Shown: positions 40,690 through 53,548, counted from the stretch's first letter. The stretch: 64,000 bases of DNA from Eledone cirrhosa (GCA_964016885.1 OZ024761.1:16554001-16618000); one strand, 5' to 3'. Program-made: numbers and translations. Notes: a model not told the origin generated them from the letters alone.

Positions 40690-42196
40690 ATGGATGAGGC
40701 ATCGTCTTCCGGATCGGAAATATTGTTCCCGATGTTCTCGGTCGAGAGCCAGAACATTGAAGCAGCCGGTGACAAAACGAAAAATCAGGACGCTGGCCAA
40801 GTGACCATTCCAGATATCGATCAGACAGAAATGGACACTCTAGATATGGACCAACAGTCCCAAACAACTCATTCTGACATTTGTCAATCACAAATGACAC
40901 TTCCAGACATAAGCCTAACCCAAAGGACCTTTCAAGACATAAGCTTAACACAAAGTACACTTCCAGACATAAGTCTAACCCAAAGGACCTTTCAAGACAG
41001 AAGCTTAACACAAAATACACTTCCAGATATAAGCCTAACACAGACTACACTCCCAGATGTAAGTCTATTAGAGATGAACTTTCCAGACACAACACAATCA
41101 CAACTGACTCTTACAGACACAAGCCTGTCACAACTGGCCCTTCCAGTCACAGGCCCATCACGATTTACAACCCCAGACACAGGGCTGTCACAATTGACAA
41201 CTCCAGACACAGGCCTGTCACAATTGACCCTTCCATACACAGGCCTGTCACAATTGACAACCCCAGACACGGGGCTGTCACAATTGACAACTCCAGACAC
41301 AGGCCTGTCACAATTGACCCTTCCATACACAGGCCTGTCACAACTGACCCTTCCATACACAGGCCTGTCACAATTGACAACTCCAGACACAGGCCTGTCA
41401 CAATTGACCCTTCCATATACTGGCCTGTCACAACCAATCCTTCCTGGCACAGGCCTGTCACAAATGACTCTTCCGGTCACAAGTAAAACGACAGTAAATC
41501 AAGACAATCAGCTAACTAATTTAACACCCAAAATGTCTGGTCCATCACAACTCCCTCCCACACTCCGACACCCTACAGACCAGTCTCAAATAGTGGTAAT
41601 AACTGGTCAACCTTCACAGGTGTCAACTAGAACTGGTCAACTTTCACAGATGTCAACTGCAACTAGTCAAATTCCACAGATGTCAACTATAACTGGTCAA
41701 ATGCCACAGATGTCAACTACAACTGGTCAAATTCCACAAATGCCAACTACAACTGGTCAAATTCCACAAATGCCAACTACAACTGGTCAATTTTCACAGA
41801 TGTCAACTACAACTCGTCTAATTCCCCAGATGCTAACTGCAACTGGTCAAATTCCACAACAGATGCCAACTACATCTGGTCAACCTTCACAGATGTTCAC
41901 TGTAACTGGTCAAATTTCACAGATGTCAACTAGAACTGGTCAAATTTCACAGATGCCAATTACAACTGGTCAAATTCCACAACAGATGCCAACTACATCT
42001 GGTCAACCTTTACAGATGCCAACTGCAACTTGTCAAATTCCACAGATGCCAACTATAACTGGTCAACCATCACAAATGTCAACTGTAGCTGGTCAAATTT
42101 CACAGATGCCAGCTACAACTGGTCCAAAATATAAAACTATTCAAAACAACCAATGTCATATTAATGTCTACACGAGCAGGAAACCTTCAATACAAG
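40690..42196 (+). CDS. Uncharacterised repeat-rich protein, coding exon 1 (Thr/Ser/Gln-rich 10-aa repeats)
   Basis: Acceptor at 40630, in-frame stop at 40642, accATGG Kozak start, 502 open codons with 30-bp repeat units, donor G|GTAAAT. Confidence 0.8.
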
Positions 42197-42393
42197 GTAA
42201 ATATTGATATATATAAGAAGTTCAGAAATGTGAATAGAAAGATGTATAAAGGTAGTTTTTCTAGTTCAAATTCCTTAGATTTACAGTTCCTGCTAAATTC
42301 CTAATTCAGATCCCTTGAATTCTAATATTTATGGTTCCTGCTAAATTTCTCGCTCGGATCCCTTGAATTCTAATTTTCAAAAATGAATTTTAA

Positions 42394-42580
42394 CCCTTTA
42401 GCATTTACATTACCCTACATTTACTATTGCATTTTCCCAATAAACACTTTACCTCACATAGTATCAAATCTATGAGATTTATTTATTTGAGAACAATACC
42501 TTAACATAAGTATGAGCAGCCAGTTAAGGCTGGTTTGAACAAAAAGAGGTGAGAGAATTCTAGCCGGATATAGCTAAGGG
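42394..42580. mobile_element. piggyBac-type MITE (related pieces at ~40455 and ~48700)
   Basis: TTAA-CCCTTTAGC ... GCTAAGGG-TTAA. Confidence 0.7.
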
Positions 42581-42613
42581 TTAATACTTGCTATTTTGAC
42601 CAAATTATTTTAG

Positions 42614-42768
42614 GTTCAACTGCCTCAACAGAAGCCCCTAATTTCGATCCCTATGAATTCCGTGAAGAAACTCCCTTTTCGAAAGGTCCACAGTGGAACC
42701 CCAGTCTTCCCTCTTCTGTTGTTAATCCCCAAACAATGTACAAAACCAAGTCAAGTCAGTTTAAAAAG
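42614..42768 (+). CDS. Uncharacterised protein, coding exon 2
   Basis: ttttag| GSTASTEAPNFDPYEFREETPFSKGPQW...SSQFKK |GTAAGT; phase 1 in, phase 0 out. Confidence 0.8.
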
Positions 42769-44445
42769 GTAAGTAGTCAATCTTCTGATTATCAGATTTC
42801 TAATGGAAGGCCAGCAATTTGAGGGAAGGAGGAAGTCAAATATATCCCCCCCCCTCCCCCCCTCCCCGCCCCATCCAATATTTATTTTATTGACCCCAAA
42901 AGCGAATTTGCACTCAGAACATAAAATTGTAACTAAATATCGCAAAAAATTTTGACCGATGCTCTACCGATCCACCAGCAAAATAATTCTTTCTTTCTAG
43001 TATTGTCACAAAGCCAGTAATTTGGGGAAAGGAGAAAGTCAAATAAAACGACCCCTAGTGCATTTCTGGTTCTTCATTGACCCTGGATGAATGAAACACA
43101 AAATTGACTATGTTGGAATTTGAAGACAGAAAGTAAAGGGCCATAACTATATGCTGCAAAGTATGTTCTCCGATGTTCTACTGATTACTGCCAATCCATG
43201 AGAAGAAATAATGGTTTCTGATTTAGGCACAAGGCCAACAATTTTGTGGGAGAGGAAAGTCAATTAAATTGACCGCTGTGCGTTACTGGTTCTTTATTTT
43301 ATTGATCCTGTAAGGATGAAAGGCAAAGCTAACCTTGGTGCGATTTGAACTCAGAATGTAAAGGGCAGTAACTTTACGCCACCAAGCATGTTGTCTGACG
43401 CTCTACCGCTACATCTTCCAACACTAACAATTTTGCCAATCTACCGACTTACACACCAGCTAATGGTTTCTGATTTAGACACAAAGCCAACGATTAAATC
43501 GACCCCAGTGCTTTTAATTTTTGTAATTATGAAAGGTAAAGTTAACCTCAGCGTTTTTTGAAATACCAGTTAAATTTATGACTTAGGCACAAGGCCAACG
43601 ATTTTGGGGGAGGGGAAAGTCAATCAAATTTCACCCCAGTATGTTACTGGTGCTTTTTATTTCATCAACCCCATAAATGATGAAAGGCAAAGCTAACCTT
43701 TTGCAGGATTTGAACAAAATAATGAGAATGATAGTGTCATTTACTTTGTTTAAATGTAAATATCAACAACCTATACCGTCGCTAACTCAATGATACATAC
43801 CTGGACAGTGTGGGAGAACACACCGTGGTGTCTTTTTCCTCATGGTCCCAGCAGAGGAAAGAACACATAAAATGATGATAATGATAAATCTGCTTTAGAA
43901 TAGATACTCTGAATCCCTATGTATCATCAGAAGCAATTAATAGGGTTAGTGTCAAGAAGGGCAAGCCTCGTACAACCCATGCCAGCATAGAAAAATGATA
44001 ATATATATAAAGAATGTTCTTTGCCCACTTATTTCTGGGAGGGTCATGGAGGCAGAGTCCTGTCAGAAGCCGCTGTCTCTAATTGATCTAGTTGAATCCC
44101 CAAGCAAGACCAGCCAAGCTCATGGATGTTATCCAACCATATTACTCAGTTGATGTTGCCTGTAAAATCTGTCCAGCAATTCCTTCCTCAGACATTCTAA
44201 ACCCATTTCTGAAGTATCAGAGCTGTGATCTCTGAATTCGAAGATGTAACAACTGTTTGTTCTCCAAGTTAAAAATGTGTCGTGATTCTGAGACATTCTA
44301 AACCCATGTCTGTAGTATCAGAACTGTGATCTCCAAGTTACAAATCTGTCCAGTGATTCTCTCCAGACATTCTAACCACACGTCTGCTTCCATTAATTAA
44401 TTCTTACATATAATTACATGCTTTCTAACATACCTTTACTTGAAG

Positions 44446-44542
44446 AAACCAAAGACAACAAAAGCCTATATGAAAGAGGTGAAAAAAATTCACAATCAGA
44501 TACGACAAAAGCTGATAGTGAAATCCTATTCTAACTTGACAG
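44446..44542 (+). CDS. Uncharacterised protein, coding exon 3
   Basis: KPKTTKAYMKEVKKIHNQIRQKLIVKSYSNLT(D)|GTAAGT; restores the phase needed by the last exon. Confidence 0.7.
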
Positions 44543-45408
44543 GTAAGTCAAAGTTCGATTCTGAGTCACAATACCTTGTGTAACCCAGATATATTACAGC
44601 TACTGAGCCCAGAATATTGCTGGTATTTCCTCCCAATCCCTGTTACCTCAATATATTACTGATACTGAGCCCAGTATATTGCTGGTATTTACCCTAGTAC
44701 ATTCTAGTATTCACCTTAGTATGCAACTGAAATTTCCACCAGTGTATCACCGGTATTTATTTTGTATACACTGGTAAAGCAACACGGTAAAAACCTCCCA
44801 GCCCCACACTGTAAATGTGGTTGGTGTTAGGAAGGGCATCCAGCTGTAGAAAACCCGCCAGATAGTCCTATGCGAGCAAGATAATCACTCTTGCCTCAAG
44901 TGGGAAAACCCCCGTCCAAACACATGCAAGCATGGAACACGGACGTTAAACGTTGATGATGATGATGATGGTAGGAATTGAGCTCTAAACATTGAGGATC
45001 AGAAAAACTTCTGTCTTGTGATTAATTTTACACCAAACGTCACTGAAATTTGAAACTGGTTTTCCCATGCAGACAAGTTGAAGCATACATCTAGTATGCA
45101 CCACTTAAACACTATCCCCATAGTAAAATAGTTGTATTGGTATCATGACAAAAAGCACCCAGTTCACTGTAAAGTGGTTGTGTAGGTATCACAACAAAAA
45201 GCACTTTATGTCCACACTGTAAATGTTGTTGGTGTTAGGAAGAGCATCCAGCCGTAGCAACCAAGCCAGAAACAGTCACCTGACCTGACTTGCCTCAAAT
45301 GGCACAACCCATGCTAGCATCGAAAATAGACAAATGGTTATGAAGATGATGATGATGATGATGTCTTCATTTATGTACATAATTCTTTATCTTGTCTTTA
45401 TTGTTTAG

Positions 45409-46604
45409 ATCTCCTGATAAAATCCCAACTAAGATTGTCAGACACTAAAGAAAATATTACTAAAGCATGTGAAGAGCTGAAACAGAAACAGACCCAGAAA
45501 CCTAGTGTCCTTGTGAAAAAAATAAAGTCTCTGAAAGTGCAGCAGGACAAGTTAAAGATTCTATTCAACGTTCACAATTCGTTTTGTCGAACTGTTAAGG
45601 AAAAGACAAATATTTCTTCAAGCCAGCAACCGACAAAACCTGGTGAAATAATAGGCTCTAGAAATATACAGGCACCAACTATAGCCCCTAGAAATACACA
45701 GAGACAGACTGTAGCTTCTAGAAATATAGGGATACCAACACAAGCTTCTAGAAATACACAGCCAGCCAACAGCAACACCCACTCTGATAAAGCCAGCACA
45801 GTTTTTTCCATGAATATTCTACCGAAATATACTAAAATTTCAACTGAAGCCTGTCAAGGTGATATTAATGCAAACAGCAAGACACCATCTGTTATGAATG
45901 TTAACACTAACCTCAGCAATATTATTAACATGAACAGTTCCAGGGTTCAACGTCCAGTAACACAACAGCATTCTAATGTAAATCTCCGCGAAATGACACC
46001 TAAAGTAGCCACTCAAAATAACATCCACTGTCCATCTACAGTTCAGCCAGTAAGTCACAATACCTGGTCAGTCCAACAACATAACAGAACTTCATTTCAA
46101 CCTCTACCACAGACCTCCCACCGAGCATTTTCTGAATCTTCTAGTGAAGACTTTCCTACAATAACCCTGCCCCCTTCCTTAGCACTACAACTGAACAATA
46201 GAACTGAAAAGAATCTGGTACACAAGACAAATATTGTATCACTTTCGACAGGAGCCAGAGAACTCCACCCATCTCAGAAAACACCGACGACAACAGATGA
46301 GACTGTCCAAGGAGTCAGTCTAGAAATGAGCAGCAACTGTATGACTATAGCTAGCTGTAACTCTAGCCAACCAATGCCAGATAAGAACAAATTTGGAAGT
46401 AATACAACAGGAAATATCAGCCAAATTTACCAGACTACAGAGGCCATTAAAGTTCTGTTGATAGAGGACTGTGAATTAACTCCCATATTTGATGTATTTC
46501 CATCGTTAGAACATTCAAACATCAACGAATGCTCGTTGCCATCTCTTCTATGTAAAGACATCAATGTATGGCCAACTAGAGATGAAATTGACCAAATTAT
46601 TTAG
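45409..46604 (+). CDS. Uncharacterised protein, last coding exon (joined CDS 2955 nt, 984 aa)
   Basis: Polypyrimidine/AG acceptor at 45408; frame identical to the 389-aa ORF; helical start, then S/T/N/Q-rich region and acidic-hydrophobic C-terminus; TAG at 46602-46604. Confidence 0.8.
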
Positions 46605-48178
46605 AAAACATAGTTTTAACACAATGAGTTGCGGCCAGAGTTAAGACAATTTGAAATCTTTTCCATCAATTGTTAAAATCATTTAGTCGTCCATTACGCT
46701 TTAGTTACATAAACACACAACTATAGTGATGTTGCGTCCTCTAAAGTTTACCAGCTACATAGCCTTTTAATACCGACCAAGCCAAAACCGGCTCTGGTAC
46801 TATGAAACAAAACCATACATTTTAAAGAGTCCCTATTTAGCATTTTTGCTAACCAATGAAACAAAACTATCCATTTTAAATGGTCTCTATTTAAACTTGC
46901 TCTTGTTCTGTGAAACATAACCACCCATTTTTAAGGGTTTCACTTATCTTTTTGCTACCAACCCAGCTGATTCTATGACACCAAATTAGCCCCATTTTAA
47001 AGTGATCCTCTTCAAATTTAAATTTTCCAACACAATTTTATATAAGATTCACATGTAATGAAATCATTTTAGTAAATCCCTCAAATTTGGATAAAAACTG
47101 ACAGACCAGCAAGATTTATATTAATTTAAATCTATTCTGTATCAATAAGTTTTGCTATTTTACCTCTACAGTTATAAGAGCTAAACTTCAAAACTATACT
47201 ATTCTGATGACTAGCAGTCATCTTCAGCCTTGTATTCCCGAGAGGATCATCAGACACATCTTGCAAAGAATTCTTCCAGATCCCCAAATGAGACCAATTA
47301 AGCCGAAGGGTGCTATACATACATCAATCTGTCTTGTGGCCTAGCCTCTGGGACCCTTACCAGTTGGCTTTGCCCATAAAATCTATCCAGCAATTCATTC
47401 CTTAGACATTCTAACCACATGTATGTAGTACTGGAGCTATGATGTCTCAAATCAGAGAAGTAGCAACTCCCCGATCTACACACCCTATTGAGTAACGTTA
47501 CTCCAAAGACCCTTCGGAGGAACCCCTATTTCGTCTACTTGTATTTGTTCAGGTATTACCCAAGACTTAGAAACACGGAACTGAAGCTAGCAAGTTTGGT
47601 TTTTACACTAACCTCCGTTTATCAGATGACCGAGTGCTGCAGCTAAAGCACCATTATAAGAAGACAGTCCATTAAAACCATGAGCCTTGCAATAACTACT
47701 AATGCACAGCTCCAGAAATAACACAGATTTAACCCTTCCATAAATTAATTCTTATGAAAAACACTGCCTATGTATTTCTGTTATTTTGAAAATCAATAAA
47801 CACTTTGATGAATTTAATAATAAATTTTTTTTTTTTTTTTAAGCTAATACTTAGAACAAAGAAAAATTTCTAAAATATAATTATGTTGGAAGGCTTTAAT
47901 ACAACGGTAAACAGTCTAAAACCAATAGGTTTCTATAAAACCAGGCAAGTTAGGGTAAAAATTTACAATATTTCATCAACAATACATTAGTGACATTATC
48001 AACTACCACAATATTAACACCAGTAACACAGTCACAACACACCAGTGGCACTAGACGACAATAACACTTCACAATACATCATAGAGTACCACAATATTAA
48101 CACAGACTGTCACAACACCTCAATACCAACAAGAGACGAAGGCATAATCTTTACAACTATTTATTCCCAAAGACACAC

Positions 48179-48340
48179 TTAGAATAACATCTTGTGTGGG
48201 TACATCTTATTTTTCAATGCAAACATTGACTGTAAGTATCCCTTCAATTGTTTTCCTTGTTTAGATTTCTTGATGGCCTCAAGAACCTTCTTGTCCACCT
48301 CCAACTGGTCTTCTTTACGTTCCTTGGTCAAGCTGTACTC
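48179..48340 (-). CDS. RPL6: RPL6 last coding exon (joined CDS 843 nt, 280 aa)
   Basis: EYSLTKERKEDQLEVDKKVL...LKGYLQSMFALKNKMYPHKMLF* matches the typical eL6 C-terminus; AATAAA at 48160-48165 (-). Confidence 0.97.
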   Translation of the reverse strand, partial: EYSLTKERKEDQLEVDKKVLEAIKKSKQGKQLKGYLQSMFALKNKMYPHKMLF

Positions 48341-48933
48341 CTGATAAAACAAATTTAGAAAAAAAAAAAAGATTAAAACACTCTCCCCATATTACCATTT
48401 CTACATTTGCTTTTCTAAACTGGCATGGGCCATATGAGACATTCTTGAGGCAGTGTTCTCTGGCCCAGCCAGCAGCTTTCCTAAGCCGCAGGACATGCCT
48501 CCCAAAAGCCAACTGCCAGGAGACCCAACCATATCACCCAGAAATAGCTGCTTCTAGATGTGATCCTCAGGAAGGCATATTTGTGAACTCGGCCACCCAG
48601 ACAACCCTCTCAGGAATAAATGGGCGAAGAACAGTTTTTGGAGTAGTTAAAACAGGCAATAACTTATGTAAATTTTTCTTAATAGATGCAAATTGATGTT
48701 TTAACCCTTTAGCATTTGCACGACTATATTTACTATTGTATTTTCATGGTAAAGGCTTTATCTCATATAAATATCTCACATATCAAATTTGAGATTTTGA
48801 TATCTATTTTGAGAACAATACCTGAATATCAGTATGAGTGGCTAGTTGCAGCTGGTTTGAACTGAAAGGGGTGAGAGAATTCTGGCCAGATATGGCCGGT
48901 TTAAATTAACTAAAACCATCCACAGGACTTTAC

Positions 48934-49118
48934 CTTTTTCTCTGTTTCAAACAATTCCACTTCCTTGTGTTTGTTAGTTTTCTTGGCCTTCTTCTTGAAG
49001 TAGGTGTCAGTAATCCTGGCTGGGAGCTTTACCTTCTTGATGTCAGCTCTGGCCGTGGTGGCAATTACATAGATCTGGTTCACACGACGTAGTGGACAGC
49101 CATTCAACACAAATGGAC
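48934..49118 (-). CDS. RPL6: RPL6 coding exon 4
   Basis: GPFVLNGCPLRRVNQIYVIATT...TDTYFKKK...ELFETEKK; 185 nt; phases match neighbouring exons. Confidence 0.97.
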
Positions 49119-49607
49119 CTGTAATAATGAAACACAAACAGTTACCGAGAGAGACAAGAGGCTGACAGAAATGGGATGTAGGTAACACAAATGGATCTGT
49201 AATTAATTGTTTCTACTTTTGGCACAAGGCCAGCAATAACCCAGTACATTACTGGTACTTTATTTTATCGACCCCCTCGGCGAGATTTGAACTCAGATCG
49301 TAAAGGGACGTAACTATGCTGGAAAGCATGTCCGACCCTCTACCGATAATTTAATGAAACACAAACAGTTAGAGAGAGAGAGACAACAGGCCGACAGAAA
49401 TGGGATGTAGGTAACACAAATGGATCTGTAATTAATGAAACACCAACAACTAGACAGACAGATCTGGTCGACAATGCAGAGGAGAGAAAGGTGATAGATG
49501 GTATACAGATAACACAAATGGACCTGTACTTAGTGAGAGACAGACACAGGTCTGGTCGACATGTATAGTAGGGAACCATACAAAGAAAACAGCAATTCAG
49601 CAACATA

Positions 49608-50420
49608 GTGAGACAATATACACATGTGCTGCGCTCACTGATAATAACCATCAACATGGGTATTCAGGGGATTGACAGATCAATGGAACTCATACCTGTC
49701 CACATAAACAATCGCTGTGTCAAAGTCATACCTGTTCACATAAACAATCGTTGTGTCAATCAAAGTCATACCTGTCCACATAAACAATCGCTGTGTCAAA
49801 GTCATACCTGTCCACACAAACAATCGCTGTGTCAAAGTCATACCTGTCCACATACACAATCGCTGTGTCAAAGTCATACCTGTCCGCACAAACAATCGCT
49901 GTGTCAAAGCCATACCTGTCCACACAAACAATCGCTGTGTCAAAGTCATACCTGTCCACACAAACAATCGCTGTGTCAAAGTCATACCTGTCCACATAAA
50001 CAATCGCTGTGTCAAAGCCATACCTGTCCACACAAACAATCGCTGTGTCAAAGCCATACCTGTCCACATACACAATCGCTGTGTCAAAGTCATACCTGTC
50101 CACACAAACAATCGCTGTGTCAAAGTCATACCTGTCCACATAAACAATCACTGTGTCAAAGTCATACCTGGACACACAAACAATCGCTGTAGCCAAATCA
50201 TCAGAGAAAGAACAAGATTTGCTGGACATTGCCAGAAAGAAAAGGATGGGATCATCAGCGAGATTCTTCTTTGAGAAGCTAAGCATGGGTACAGAAATGT
50301 TGGTAGACCATATCGAACCTACGTACTGTATAGCAATTGTGCGAGGGCTCTAAGTGCACCCGAGAAGGCCTACCTCAAGCAACGGCAGACCAGACTGGAG
50401 TGAATGAATGATGGAGATCC
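49608..50420 (+). mobile_element. Old RTE-like LINE 3' remnant split by a 36-bp minisatellite (RPL6 intron, antisense)
   Basis: YTHVLRSL... before the array and SQIIRERTRFAGHCQKEKDGIISEILL*EAKHGYRNVGRPYRTY after it. Confidence 0.65.
49689..50190. repeat. 36-bp minisatellite, about 14 copies
   Basis: Unit GTCATACCTGTCCACACAAACAATCGCTGTGTCAAA. Confidence 0.95.
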
Positions 50421-50701
50421 ATTTCCATAGTTACAAACTAAAATTGATGATTGTATCTGGAGACAACTGTGGAAATGAAACGCTGAGAATTTTGATGCAG
50501 AGGCAGCACAAATGCCCGTTCACCACAAGGAAACTATCAATGCACATACTGCCAGATTGCACTAAGAAATATGGGATAATCTTGTAAATATTTGTGTATG
50601 TGCATAAATTATTGAAAAATAGACAAGAGCCTGGCATATAAAATACCACATGCAATAGGTTGAAACAGTTATTAATAATAAGCAGTGGTTAAGTCCCTTA
50701 C

Positions 50702-50750
50702 CTGTGATAAGGAGCAGACCACTGCTGAGCTGCTTCAGGAATACAACACG
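50702..50750 (-). CDS. RPL6: RPL6 coding exon 3
   Basis: RVVFLKQLSSGLLLIT(G); 49 nt; canonical splice sites. Confidence 0.97.
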
Positions 50751-51930
50751 CTGGAACAAAGACGGAAATTTTAAGAAACCTTGATATCAACATTGGAAAA
50801 AAATGGCACGTGTGCATATGTATACACACCCAGACATGAAATCTGTTTACATTTTACTCAGACACGACAAAACCATATTTGTATATAAGTAGGATTGAAG
50901 TCACTGTTGCAGCATATGCAGAAACTTTATTGGCACATTACAGTTGTTTCAATATTGATCAGCTCAGAGTACAATCATAGGGGCCCAACCCTTCCTTAAA
51001 ATCTCAGATATGAGAGTTTATGTGCAAAAAACATTCAAACTGTTTTGTCTTTGCACATATAAACCCGTATATCTGATGAGATGTTGAGGCTAACGTTGGG
51101 CCCTGGTCATTATAATTGTACCCTCAGCTGAACCATATTGAAACAATTGTGATATGCCAATAAAGTTTATTATATATTATATACGTCACAACAGTGACTT
51201 CAATCTTATTAAAAGTAACTACAGGCGCCCAAACTCTGGAATATAACCAAACATGAGACGGACCTTTTAACAGCAAACTAGTTACACATTTACCTAACAC
51301 ACACAGCTATGTATACACATTATCACCAACACTAACAGAGTATTTTCCATGCTTGCATGAGTTAAACAGGCAACCATGCCTTGCTTTTCTACAGCTGGGT
51401 GCCCTTCCTAAACTGAATCGCTTTATAGTATGTACACCGGAACATTTTTCCTGGCACCAACGCTAACCTCAGAGGGCAGGACAAAGGCACATCTTTTTGT
51501 GTCATTACATATATGCGAACAGTCTGTTCCCAAAACCACACACACACACATAACACTATTCACCACACAGCAATGGGATGCATTGCATAACATTTGTATA
51601 AAGACCCCTCTGTACATATTAGCTAACATGGAAACTATGGCACTCTAGAAATAGCAACTGAATTACCCCCCTATCTTAACAGTCCATAGATGATACATGG
51701 GCAGTGCTGGATATGTCAGCTAGTAAATATCACCACCACCATAATATACACGAGTTCGTGCCCAACATGTTACAGCTACTAAACATCACAACCACCACAC
51801 AAGACTGTGGCAATATACCACAATTATTATGAATTACAACCACTTCTACTAACAATAAACCGCTCTCGTCATATACATACATTATACAATGCACAAATTT
51901 GGAACTACAACAACAACATAAATGACCTAC

Positions 51931-52071
51931 CTTTCCCTTATGTCTTCCTGCCAGAAGAATAAGTACTGTTCCGGGAACAATAGATTTACGTAAATTACGC
52001 TTGTGTTTGGAGAATGGCTTCCTATGCCTGGATTTTATCTTTTTACCTTCCTGTGTGGGGATATGGCGAGG
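51931..52071 (-). CDS. RPL6: RPL6 coding exon 2
   Basis: PRHIPTQEGKK...LRKSIVPGTVLILLAGRHKGK (KOW-like eL6 motif); AG/GT boundaries; 141 nt. Confidence 0.97.
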
Positions 52072-52637
52072 CTGGAACAAACAAGCATTTCAATATGTAA
52101 ACCAAGAGCTCTCATATCATTTAACATCCATTTTTCTACATTATATGATATATATATATATAAAAAGCCCCCCTTCAGTCCCTAATAACCATGGTTTTGC
52201 ACCTAGAAAGTTTCCCTCCAAGACACAAGCCTGGGCAAGGTTCTTTTGTGGAAGACCAGCAGTCACCTACACATACTAGCCTCCCCTTTCAATGTTCTAT
52301 ATGGCTTCTACTAGAGCAATTTGAAATAAAGTCTCTTGCTCAAGGACACAACCTCATTATTACAAGACCAACGCTCTAACCTCAAAGCCATGCACCTTCA
52401 TGATCTTTTTAAAAAATAGTTTATCTCCAGCAAATGAAAACTTTAGCAAATATATTATTTATTTCAAATATAAACTATAACTCGGCCATATATTTATAAC
52501 TAATTGCTTTTTACTTGAAAAAAACTTGCGCTTTACTTTGCACAACTAATCGACTGCTTTGCATATGTTTCTGTATAGAAAAAAAAACTATTATTTCTTT
52601 ATTGACTATAAATTCTTGTATTCTCCAAATCCTACAG

Positions 52638-52861
52638 CAGTGGTTCCCCACCTCAACATCTAAAATATGTTATTTGTCCCGATTTGATATAAAATACAAA
52701 CTGAGTTTTGTAAAAATCGACCCCAAAGTGTAAACAAACTGCTTGTAGGTGCTGCCAGATACGCGATAATATGTAGACGAAGTGTAACTGGAAGTTTGGT
52801 CGTATTATATCACTTTCCAATTGTCTCCCGTGGGGCGTGCATCCCACGTTGGGAATCACTG
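52638..52861. mobile_element. hAT-type MITE in RPL6 intron
   Basis: TIRs CAGTGGTTCCCCAC / GTTGGGAATCACTG; 8-bp TSD TCCTACAG / CCCTACAG. Confidence 0.8.
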
Positions 52862-52910
52862 CCCTACAGTGATGTGCTGAGGACATTTTAGCGCTAACTG
52901 GTAACATTAA

Positions 52911-53129
52911 CCCTTGCTACCAACCCGGCAAAAAACCAGCTCTGGTTCTATGAAATAAAAGCACCCATTTTAAATTAAAATCTTCCAACATAATTTAATA
53001 TAAGAACCTTATATTATATTAAGTTACTATCCTTAGTAATGAAATAAGATAATTTTAGTAAATCCCTCAAATTCTTCAATAACTAATTGAAACAGAATGC
53101 ATTTCATTAGAAATATGGTAATGAAAGGG
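52911..53129. mobile_element. piggyBac-type MITE
   Basis: TTAA-CCCTT ... AAGGG-TTAA termini. Confidence 0.6.
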
Positions 53130-53242
53130 TTAAAATTGAAACTTTCGCAGACGTAAATAAAATGATCACCTGGTTGTCACTCGATTAAAATTTATACACA
53201 TACACATATAAATATTTAAAAAAAGGGCAGTTGTTGGCTTAC

Positions 53243-53548
53243 CAATCGATTAATGCGGACTTTTCTGGTCTCGCCGTTTTTCTCACCACCAATAGGTTTA
53301 TTAACAAAACTGGATGCTTTCACCTTCTTTACTTTCTTTGTCCTTGGCTGATCCTTTACAGCAAAAATTCTCTTCCTCTTGTAAACTTGAGACCTAGAGA
53401 AACGCCTCAAACCAGTTGATGAGATAACTGGATTGCGTGGGCGACGATGCTTCTTAGGTGCTGTTTTCTTAGCTGCAGTTTTCGCAGGTGCTGTTTTCTT
53501 CGACACAGCTTTCGCGGCTGGAGCCGCTGGCTTCTCCTTTCCCTCCAT
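53243..53548 (-). CDS. RPL6: 60S ribosomal protein L6 (eL6), coding exon 1 (gene exon 2)
   Basis: ATG at 53548; MEGKEKPAAPAAK...RRPRNPVISSTGLRRFSRSQVYKRK...KPIGGEKNGETRKVRINRL resembles the eL6 N-terminus. AG acceptor at 53559-60, GTAAG donor at 53242, phase 0. Confidence 0.95.

Noticed and set aside
40881-41486. Overlapping alternative-frame and antisense ORFs in the orphan exon
   Set aside because: By-products of the 30-bp coding repeats.
49608-50286. Repeat proteins (SHTCPHKQSLCQ)n / (VIPVHTNNRCVK)n
   Set aside because: 36-bp minisatellite within an intronic LINE remnant, open on both strands.
51714-51792. Possible C/D snoRNA (GTGATGT...CTGA on -)
   Set aside because: No internal boxes, terminal stem or recognisable rRNA complementarity.
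52815-52855. U17/SNORA73-like 5' end (CCAACGTGG on -)
   Set aside because: It is the TIR region of a hAT MITE with a TSD; no U17 m1/m2 motifs seen.
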